64,000 nucleotides of DNA. Origin: a virus. Where the stretch lies: the IMG/VR virus record IMGVR_UViG_3300048011_000525, positions 51,583 to 115,582 of that record; one strand, 5' to 3'. Positions within the stretch are counted from its first letter, which is position 1; each line of letters starts with the position of its first letter. The notes under the pieces are model-generated. The model did no database searches. It was given only the letters and a program-made list of their open reading frames with translations, and was not told where the DNA came from. The position numbers and the translations under genes were made by a program. This document shows, piece after piece, positions 26,956 through 38,900 of the stretch.

Positions 26956-29900
26956 TTATCTGCTTAAGAAGTAGCCTAGTGCTACTGGTGCACCATCAAC
27001 ACCACCTGTGAAGTTCATCTTCGCTTTAATATTTAGCTGTCCTCCGCTGGTTGTTGTAATTTCATCGCCTGCAATGAATACTGTACCAGCAGTAAGTGTG
27101 TTAACATTCAAGCTAGACTGACCGCCACCAATCTGTGCTGTAATATAGCTTCTAATTGCACGTTGTGTTGGTACAATGTTATCACTATTTTCAGTAAAGA
27201 ATGGATCTGTACTGAACTGTGTAATAATCGCTGAGCCAATACCTAGTCCAAGACCGTTAATTTGTAGTGACTGTAGTCCTGCTAAGTTAAATGCATCAGC
27301 ATCTAGTGTCGCTGTACCAGTCGACTGTTGAACACCAAACAATCCGCCAACATTAAAGTTACCATCTTGGTCAGTACTTGTGTAGAACACTCGTCCTCCA
27401 CCACTACTTAATTGTTGTGCTTCAATGTATGCTGACGTAATATCAACAAACGGATAGTTAGTTTTTGCTTTATTACCAGTACCAATATACAAGAAGTCAT
27501 GTCCTGTTAGACGTACTTGCGAGTACTTGTTAGTAGTTGTAATTACTGTACCGTCTTTTGGTGCATTTAGTACATCTAGTCCTGGACTAATTTGGAATGT
27601 TGCTGTGTAGCTACCTTCTTGTCCAATAACATTACTAATTGTAACTAGTTTGTAATATTTTTCAGGAATATTTGCAAACTCAACATTTGATCCAGGTTCT
27701 GGCAGTTCAAACAAGTTACGCACAGCAATAAATGTACTTGGTTGATACAAGTCTGCACTACCGTCGCCGCCTAGTTCTGATGTTGCACTAGTATATCCTG
27801 AACCTCTGTTAGTAAACGTTGGTTGTCCTAGAACACCGTTTCTAATTCTTGGATTAATGTTAGCATCAACTGTTGAACTTGGGTCAGTAATAGTAACTAG
27901 CGGTCCTGCTTGGAATGTTGAACCTACCATGTCTTGCGTTACAATAGATTCAATATTGTAGCTTGGGCCGCCGCTTAATAAACTTACTTCAATAGTACTA
28001 CCAGTTACGTCTGATACATAATATAGTATTTCACTGTTAAGTGCTGCTGTTTCTAAGTCTGCGCCCTCAAATGTGATCGGTTGTCCTACATACATATTAT
28101 CTGTTGAATCTAATTCAATAGTGTGTGGTGATGTAAATGATACAATGTCACCAACTGGATATCCTGAACCCGGTTCTAACAATGTAGTAGCAATAAGTGT
28201 ACCATCATCTGCATAACATCTACCATGTGCTCTTGCACCAGTTTTAATTTTGTTAGCAGTTGTATTAGCATCACTTGTTAATGCAACCCAGGTCGGAACG
28301 TTATTTGGGTTACCAAATATTGGTGTTGACCAGCTTGCTGTTCCACTTAGGTCACCTTCGTTCCAAATTAAACCATCTGAACTAATTGCACAGCTAGAAG
28401 CACCGTCGCACACTGCTACGAACAAGCCTTGTCCGTATGCTACTCTTGTCCAACCAGTTGCACTAATGTTGTTTAGTGTTGTACCTTCGCTGTACCAATT
28501 TGCGCCAAAGTCATAGCTGATTGCATATTCGCCGGCATCTGAAATTGCAACAAAGCGTCCGTTACCCCATGCAAGACTTGTCCAGTCTCCGATTGCACTT
28601 GGCATATTGCCGCCGGCTTCCCATAGAATACCGTTTGAACTAACTGCTGTGTAACCGTCTGTATTAATTGCAACAAACTTTCCTGCTCCGTAGCGCACCG
28701 CACTAAACGTTCCGCTTGCAGGTGTTGTCATTGTACGCGGTGTCCAATTAGACCCGTTTGTTGACGTTTGTGCTGCGTCTACGCCGCCGACACTACCTAC
28801 TGTAACAAACGTTCCTGCACCGTATGCAATTCCTACATAGTGTGATTGACTAAACACATCGCCTGCTGTCCAGTTAGTATTTGCTTCGTCAATTGTCGGT
28901 AAGTATGCATTTGTAGTTGATCCGTTTGCAACAGCTACCCATTTAGCTTCGGTGTCAACAATCTCAACAGTTGGTGTAGTTGTATATCCTTCACCAAACA
29001 ACGGATTGTCATCAACATCAACATCTAGTCTAATAGCTATTACACCTTCGTTTTCTAAATTTGCAATTACTTGTGCTTGTGTGCTTGCGCCGCCTCCTGA
29101 AATAGTTACAGTTGGCGTGTTTAGGTATCCACTACCGCGTGTTTCAACAATTACTTCTGTAAGTTTATCTGTTGCTGCTGCAACAGTTGGTGCTTGTGCA
29201 TAACCAGCACCTGTACTTGTAATAATAATATTTTGAATAGCACCGTCTTTAACAGTTGCTACAGCAGTTGCACCGCCGCCACCTAGTGTTGATGTAAACA
29301 CAATAGTTGGAGGCGTAGTATAACCAGTACCACCTGCAACTACATTTACTCTAGCAATCTGTGTAGGTCCTGGTAAACCAATACTGTTTAGTTCGCCTAG
29401 TTCTGCTTCTAGTACTGCGCCAGTACCTCCAAGTCCGCCAACTACTGCTCTTGCAGTTGCACCCTGGCCTCCGCCGTATGCAACATCGCTCCAGTTAGCA
29501 CTTGCAGGTAATGCTCCACCTGTTGTCCAATTTTCGCCATCTAGTGAGTAATTTGTAGATGCTCCTGCTCCTCCTTCGAGTGCAATGAATCTACCATCAG
29601 CAAATATACCTGGACCAAAGTCTATTGCATCAGCTGTGCTTACACTGCTTGAGGTAAATCCTGGCTTAGCATAAACAATTGCAGGTTCAACAGTATAACC
29701 AGTTGTTAAGTCTAGTGAAGCTTCGCTAGGTTTTCCTGGAATAATGTTATCAAAACCTGCTGCATATATTGTTGCACTAGTAGTGTCATTGGTTAATACT
29801 TCAGTTACACCGCCTACTTCTGTGCTTACAGTAAATTGACCTCCGCTTACAATATTATTTACATAGTAAACATCGCTTGGACTATCACCTCTGCTTAGAC

Positions 29901-32900
29901 CACCTACGTCTTCACTAAAATATATTGGCATATCAACATAAAGTGTAGTAGTATCATCAACAGTAATTACGTTATTGATTGAACTAGTTGCTGTTACAAA
30001 TAAGTTGTCAAAACTTGGTTTGTAAACAGTACAGTTCTTAGTACCGTTGTTAAAGTTCAATACTTTACCGTATTGCCCAACACCTGTACCTGCTGTAATT
30101 TGTACTCTCATGCCGTTGTATGCATCACCTAGTGCAAAGTCTGTTGCAGCTAATGTAATGTGTACTGGATCGCCGCCCTGAGCAACGTTCTGTGCAATAA
30201 CAAAATCTTCGCCGCCAACAGTTGTGCCGTCATCAACGTCAATAATACGTGCTTCAACAACTGCTTGATCACGGAATTCATCTCCAACTGTAGCTGCATT
30301 AAATCCTGATCCACTAATTGCATATTGTACATTAGTGTAACCTGTACCAGCATTGCTGTATTCCATTGCAAGCACTTCTTCTTCACCGTCAGTTGATACA
30401 CTATAAACTAGTGCGTTCTGTGATAAGTTATCTGCATCTGCAACAATTGGTTCTTCACCTAAGTCTGTACCTTCAGCAATAACACCAAATGTACCATATG
30501 AGCTGTTACCGTTTGTAGCACGAATACGTCCGCCAAAGTCTGCAATATATCCTGCATAGTTGTAGTAAGCAAACACAGATACAAGTTCTGTTAGTGAGTT
30601 ATTACCGCTACACCAAACACCAATGCCATCACTTAAGATTTGTGTAAAGTCGTTACTAACAACAGATCTGTTTCCGCCGGCATGTAAAGAACCATCAATC
30701 TTATTACCAATACATCCTGTACCAAATGTTGATACGTTTTGTACATAACATGATTTATTAGTTACCCATGCTTCTGTATCCCATGGTCCAAATCCTGGAT
30801 CAAGCGATACATATGCGCCGCCAGTTGGTCGTCTTGTACCAAACTCGTTCTTTTCGCTTAGGTTACCGCGTAGTCCGTTAAATGTCATATTACGTGCGCC
30901 AGTTGCGTTACGTACATAGAACATATCTGAGTATTCAGAACCTTCTACAGCATTAACATATAGTCTTGCTGCTCGTAGTGAGTGATAATTACCTGGATAT
31001 TGTAAATCATATATCATAGCATCAATGTATGATGACATGTCACGCTTACATGCAGTTTCGTCAAAGTCGTAACTTGCAGTCATTGTTCCTGTGCCGCCTG
31101 TAAACGTATTAATACTTTCTCCGTCTACTTCGTCTGTAACTTCAATTTCAGTTGCAGAAACTACATTTGAAACATAGTAAGTAGTAGCAAGTTCAATGCC
31201 TCCAAACACTGTTCCAGTAAACACAATAGGATCGTTAAGTTGTAGATTGTGCGCACTTGTAAATGTAAGTGTTCCTGGAGATCCTCCTAGATCTGTAACA
31301 GTTCCTCCGTAGCTTGCTTTAATCCAAGCTGTTGCTTCTTCGCCCAAAAAGTCTTTGTTAACTTTTAGAGCATCAACTGCATTAATTGTTTCTCTATCAT
31401 TAAAGTATGTTGTAGTACCTTGGAATTCTGGAGTTACTTTATCACCGTTTTTAACTACATTAATAACAATATCCATCAAGTTATTAATACGTACTTTTGC
31501 TTTGGTGTTATCGTTACGTCCACCGTAAGCATTTGTAGTTCCTTCGCCTGTAACATATGTAGTAATATAGTTTTTAAGTTCTCTATATGCTTGTACAGTT
31601 ACTAAACGCTGTTCTTTAATCACTACATCAGCCTGTGTGCCTCTGTAATATGACAGTGCTGCTATAGTTGTTAGATAGTTAGTATCAAGTAACATATCTT
31701 TACCTACAGCATCAATAATGAGTCCTACATCTCTTTCGCACTTAGCTTGATCGTAAACTAGTGTTGGGAATTTTTCACGTATATAATCTGTAACATCTTC
31801 AACTATTGCTGATTTAGAACCCTGAATGTTTGTAAACTGTTGTTTTAAATTAGCAGTTACATTACTATAGTCAGGCCCTGGAATAAACTGCCATTCCTCT
31901 GTAAAGCTCCCTAATTCGGATTCAGGAAGTGTAAGTTCTGGTCCATTGAAGTACGCTGATACAGTAAATGTATTAACTGCTGGGACACTCTTAATGTAAT
32001 ATGTTCCTGCACTAACATCGCTAAATCCGTTTTCAAAATATAGTTCACTACCAACAGTTAGACCGTGGTTAACTGCTGTTGTTACTACATTTGATGAAAT
32101 TTCTATAACTTCAATACGTTTTCTAAATGCACCATCACCTAATGAATTATAAAACAGTGTCATTAGATCTTCAACTCTAGTAACAGTTCCTGAATCGCCA
32201 ATTAGTTGCGATTCATCTCTAAGGGTAGGTTCAACTTTTGTCTGTAATGCACCCGGACTAGACACACTATTTACTGCTAGACCCATTGCAATAAACTTGA
32301 TATAGTCAAATGCTGCTAATGTTGCTTCTAATTCGTTATCGCCAAGTTGAATATTGTTAGTTGCATCGTAGTAGTAATCTACTGCTCTGCGCATACCTGA
32401 TTCGCCACCGAACGTTAAGTCATAACGCAATGCATCTATAACATATTTGATATCTCTACGACATTTAGCTTCATTATAATCTAGATCTGGATAAGTTTGT
32501 GCAATATATTCAACAGTTTCTTCTTGAATGTACGCTGTGTTTTCCCAGATAGTAGAAGCACCCACAATGTCGGGTGTATCTTCTAAGTTAGTGTCAACCC
32601 ACTTTGGAGTAGGTAATGATCCGCCGTCAATGTAGCTAGTAATATCAGTTATTAGTTGTTTAATAGCTTCATTTGGTGCAGTTAATGCAACACGTCTTAC
32701 TTTCTCAGCTAAGAAGTTCATTGCGCCTACTGTTGCTGATTGTTCAAAACGTAAAGTTTTAAGTGCTGACGGAACAGCTCTGTAATATGCCATGCCTGCT
32801 TTAATTGTTGCAAAGTTAGAACCTGTAATAATATCACGTGCAAGTGCGTCAACAATTAATCCCGCATCTCTGCGACAAGTTGCTTGATTGTATTCTAAAT

Positions 32901-35900
32901 CTTGATGATATTTTTCTACCCAAAACACAACATCGTCTACAATTTCGTCTTTACGATCTTTAATTCTTTCATATGCTGTAGTAAGTTCTGTTAACTGCCA
33001 TTCTGTTGCAACTTCTGTCTGTGTTTCAAAAGTTGAGTTGTTTAGCCAATATGTAATATCATCTACACGTTCTTGTGCAAATTCAATTGATGCTGCATTA
33101 CCTACTGTACCGCTAGTATCTTGTGTTTCGGTAACACCTGGGCTAGTTGTAACACTAGTTTCAGCAACAATTTCGCCAATGATTTCACGCAGTCTTGCAT
33201 AAGATGCAAGTGTTGCTTGTAATTCGTTGTTTTGAATTGTTAGTACAAAGTTTGAGAAGTAAGCTGCTCCTGCAACGTTGGTTTGCGTATTACCACCGTA
33301 AGTTAAATCGTAACGGATAGCATCAACAATAAACTGTGCGTCACGGATGCAACGTTCTTGTGCATTTGGCGATAATCCTCCCCAAATATCGTCGTATCCG
33401 TTTGCTGGATCAACTAACCACTGTTGTAGTTCGTCTGCAATAAAGTCTCTATTAGCTAACAATTGATCTGCTGCATTGCCGTAAGTACTACTATCACCAG
33501 TAGTATTAGTAGTTGTAGCATACGCTGTATCAATTAATGCATCAGTATTGTATCCTGTTGGCGTTGGTAGTTTAATTGGAGGTACACTGTTTAGACCGTT
33601 TTGTATAACAGTTGTCATATCCTTAACAAGTTTAAATGCTTCATTTGCAGCATTTGCTTGTCCAATTGTTGTATCAACACCGATTGTTAATTCAGTTAGC
33701 GATTCGTTAATATAATCAATAGTGTCAACTGTTGCGCCTAACTGGTTTGCTAGTACTAATTCAGTTGAAGTAATGCCTCTTTGATATGACTTGCCTGCTG
33801 TAATACTACGGAAGTTGCTATCAAAAATTACATCGTATGCAATAGCATCAATCATGTATCCTACATCACGAGCACACTTAGTTTCGTCGTAATCTAATGC
33901 TGGATGCACTTTGTTAATATAATCAATTGCTCCAGCTTGGATCAGTGATCTACGTGCATCTACTACAGCTTTAAACTCTTGTAAGCCAGTATCTACCCAA
34001 GCAATACTTGGATTAATTATAGCTGGCAACACTCCAGTATCGACTGTATCTTTAATTTCTGTAAGACGATCAACTGCAAATGCTGCTGCACCTGCTGAGC
34101 CAACAGTTCCAGCTGTATCTTGCGATGTAATATTGCCTGCACTTGGTGTAATACTTACACCAGTTGCAATATCGTCAATTATTGTTGCAAGGTGTGTTGC
34201 TAAATCAACTCTTGCAGTTTTTTGATTTGATGGATGAACTAGCACACCGTCTACATAGTTAGCTCTTGCAATAACAACAGACTCTATGTTTCCTCGATAT
34301 GTTAGATCATAACGTAATGCATCAACTAATTCATCTATTCCGTCAAGCCACGTGTTTTGTTCATCTAAAGTCAGTGCTGTCCATACTGCGTTGTGATTAG
34401 TATTTAGGTATGCTGCTGCTTCGTCTAATATAAACTGTTTGTTAGCAACAACAAGTCTTCTTGCGTTAAAGAACCCTGTATCATATCCAGTAGGATCAGT
34501 AATTGTATAAGATCCAGGAACATTATTGTTAACTACAATATCTTTAATTGTTGTACTATTAGAAACAAGTTTATCAGTGCCACTAGTAATATCTCTAATC
34601 TCTCTTCTCAAGTGATCAACAGCACCTAGTGTTGCTTCTAGTTGTTCGTCAATAACAACTTCGGCGGAACTTATAGCTCTACGATATGCCATTCCTGATT
34701 TTGTACCATTAAATTTAGAATCAAACAGCATGTCGTAAACTAGTCCGTCAATAATGTATCCAGTATCTCTAGAACATTTAGTATGATTGTATACAAATCC
34801 AGTATAGTTATTTGTAATGTATTGTAATAAATCTGGAACAACTGTTGTGTCGTCTAAAGTTGCCTCAGCATCGGTTTGAATTGCAGCAGTTACCCATGTA
34901 ATAACCGGATATACTGTTGTTGGTAATGCAATTGTGTCGCCTGCATTAACAACATCTGAAATAATCTGTACTAATGTTGCAACTTCTGCTTCTTCAGTTG
35001 CTCCAGACATATAAGTTGCTGCAATTACTGCGATTTGCTCAATAGCAGCAGCAGTTCTTTCACGCTGTGCTCCTGGTAGTACTTCAATATAGCCATTAAA
35101 GTATGCTTTAGCTGCTTCAACGCTTGCGCTGTTACCACCGTACTGTACGTCATAAGATACAGCATCAATAATGTAACCAGTGTCTCTTTCACACAATGTT
35201 TGATCATATGTAAAGTTAGGGTAATTAGTATTAATCCAAGTAATTACATCTGTAATAATTGTTGCTCGATTAGTTTGAAGTTCTGTACGAGCAGTAGTTT
35301 TATCTACATCGCCTGATCCGCCGCTCCAAGTAATTGCATTAGGTGTATTGTTCTCAACAATGTCAAGTACTTCGTCCCAATAAGTATTGCTTCTAGTAAT
35401 AGCAGTAGGATCGCTCATCAATGCAGCAACTAATGATTTCTGTTCAGTAATTGCACCAAGTGTTTCCGTAATCTGTTCTTCAAGAACTTTTTCGCCTGCA
35501 TAACTTCTTCTATAAGCCAATCCGTTACGAATAGAGTTATAGTTTGTTTCTAATGCAACGTCATACGCTGCGCCAGTTTGTAAAATTCCTGCATCTCTAC
35601 GACAGCTAGAACTGTTATAAACGAATTTACCATAGTTTGTATTAATAAAATCAATTACAGAATTTTGTAAAGTTGTTTTTTCAGTAGTAATGTCGTCAGT
35701 AATTGAAACTAATGAAGTTGATACCCAACTAGTATCTGGAGTAATTGGTGTAGGTAACGTACCATCAGTATCAATTGTATCAAAAATTTCTTGAATACGA
35801 TCGTCAGCAAAAGTTTCTGCTGCTGCACTACCAGGTGATCCAGCAGTATCTTGTGCTTCACCATTGCCGGAAGTTGGTGTAATTGCTGTTTCAGTAATTA

Positions 35901-38900
35901 CATCGCCTATAATTGATTTTAGATGTGTATATGTTGCAAGTGTTTCTTCTTTCTTGCCTGTACCGTATACTGGATTACCGTCTACAAAATAACTTCTAGC
36001 TGCAACAGTAGTTTGGAAGTTGCCGCCGTAAGTTAAATCATAACGTAGCGCATTTAAGATGTAACGTGTATCTCTTTCACAGTTTGCAGTATCAAATGTA
36101 AAGTCTGCTGCAAACGGTGCAATTACACCATCAACTTGTGCTTGAATCCATGCAGTTTGTTCTGCAACAATAAAGTCAATGTTTGCTTCAATTTGTGCAA
36201 TAGCATTTGCAAAGCCGCTGTCGCTTGCATTATTTGATCCACTTGTTGGTGTTACACCAACATCTGGAACTAACGCAACATCTTCAATGCCATTTTCTAA
36301 GATATCAAGAGTTTTAACAATTGACATATCTAAACGCTGTGTTGATTCAGTTGCTCCGCCATATCCATTTAAATATCTTTGTGAAGCTGTATTACCGCTA
36401 GTAGCATCAATAGTAATGTTTTGAATTACTTGCTCTGATACGTCTTTAATTCTGTTCAGTGCGCTTGTAGTTTTATCTTTGTCGTTAGCAAGTAGTGGAA
36501 TTGCAGGTTGCGGTTGAATAACTGATGTACGCAATTCGTCACCAACAATAGCAGTATATTCTGGAATAATAATTGGAAGTATTTCGTTATATGTACCAGT
36601 TTTAATGAATATTGTTGTGTTTGGTAATTGCGGAAGTGCAATAGCCGTATTTGATTCTGCTTCTAATCCAACAGTTACAATATCAATTAATGTACCTGCT
36701 TTTGCCTTACCGCTATCTTCTGCAACCAAGGTTAAATCAATAAATTGTGCTGCACGTTCTTCAATTGCAATTCCCATTAGCGACTGATAGCTAACTGGTT
36801 TTTCGTTGTTTAATACTTTTGCTACTAACGATTTTAACTGCTCGTATGCTTCGATAGTTTGTGTACGCTGATATCCAAACACATCGGTGATGTATTCATT
36901 CCCAGCTTCTGTATAGTATGACTTAGCAGCTTCAGTAGTTCTTAGTGTGCCGCCGCGGCCAATATCGTAGTACAATGCATCAATAATGTAGCCGGTGTCT
37001 CTTTCGCATTTTGCTGAATTATAAGAAAGTTTACCAGTCATAACGCCAGTTGCATCAGTTGGGATAAAGGAAATTCCGCCTTGTGTTTCTGAAATTCTAA
37101 ATGTAGTTGAGCTTATAATACTATCAACATAATAAGTTTGTCCTTCTACTACACCTCCAAATATGTCTACGCCGTCAAATTCAATTGGCATTCCGTCTTT
37201 TAAATTACTAGTGTCGTAAGTAGTAAACAAGCGCGATGCAGCCACTGTTTCGGTTACTATAACAGAATAAGTATAGTCTAACCAAGAAGTAATTTCTTTC
37301 TTAAAGAACTGTTTGTTGTTTTGTAAAATTTGTTTTGTTTGAGGATTTAAGTAGCCGTCACGTACTTGCTCTAGTGCATAACGTACACTTCTCCAAGGTT
37401 TGTCAATAGATAGACCTGAACGTGGAGCTGGCTCGTTTTCGCCTAGTGGTCCTACATAAACAACGTTATCAACTAGACCATAGTTTGCCCAGTCTGGCTT
37501 ACCATCTGTAGCACGTAAAATCTGACCGTCAACGCCGATTGGAAGTCTAGTTGGTCCTTGATTTCCGTAATACACCATGTCGCCTTCAGTAGTAAGAGCA
37601 AGTGCTTCACTACCAAGTGTTAATAGGTTCCAGTAATCTGCTTCTAAATCGTTATCTGGACGATTTGCATTTTCTGATGTATGGGTTGCTGTAGCAATAA
37701 ACGAACTTGCACCGTAAATAACAACATCGCCAACAACATAATCTGTAGCTGGTGTCCAAGTAGATGAATAACCTACATGTGAAACTGTATCAACTGCTCC
37801 TCCTGTTACACCTGTTACTGTTACAACAATGTCGTTAGCAGGAGTAGTACCGCCTACACTGTTACCGGCAACTAAAATAGTATCATCTTCTGCATATCCA
37901 GTACCAGCAAATCCAGTTGAAACATTTACTGTGTATACTGTTTTAGATTTAGTAACGTCAAATCGTACTCCAGAACCAGATCCTTCTACATTAGTACCTT
38001 GTACTTGTAGGAAGGTTTGTGTACTGTTAGTCCAGTTAATTCCTGAGTTTAGTTTACTCCAGTAAATATCATTTGGTGGAGTAACGTCTGTACTATCAGC
38101 AACAGACACATAAGTTGTTCCGCCTAAGCGAACAACATCACCTACTTTATATGAGTCTAATGAGCTCCAGTCTCCTTGAAAGCTAAAGCCAGTTGTAAAT
38201 ACTTCCCAGTCATTTGGGCTGGCAGTTGGTTGTGCAGCAGTGTTATTAGTTTTAGCAACATAAACATAACCACCGTATGTTACAGTGTCGCCAATTTGAT
38301 AAACTGTTGAACTATTCCAGCTGTCTTCAAACTGGAAGCCTTCAATAAATACGTCCCAGTTTGTTTCGTCAGTTAAGAAATCATCTGAAGTGTGCGGAGC
38401 AACACAAATGAATACGTTGCCGCCAAATTTAACAACATCGTTAACTTTGTAACGTGTAGCAGTTTGCCATTCACCTAAGTAAACAAGTCCGTCACTAAAT
38501 AGTTCCCAGTTACCTTGGTTTGCTTCTAGGCCAAGTGTTGCTGTAGCAGCAGAAATGTGTGCAGTGGTACATAGATATACAAAGCCGCCGTAGCGTACTA
38601 GGTCGTTAATTTTAAAACGTGTATCAGTTGTCCAATCACCTTTCCAATCAAACGATGTAGCAAACGGAGTCCAATTATCAAGATTTTCTTCTAAACCTAA
38701 AAAGTCAGGTGCTTCAAATGTAGCCGACGTGTGTCCTGTTTCAGCAATATACACTAATGAACCGTATTTAACAACGTCACCTGGTGCGTATTCTACTTCG
38801 GGCTCCCAAAGTCCTCTCCATTTAGTACCATCTGAAACTACTTCCCATTTTGGAATTTCATTACTAAAATCAGTATTAAATGCTTCTGATGATGTATGGT

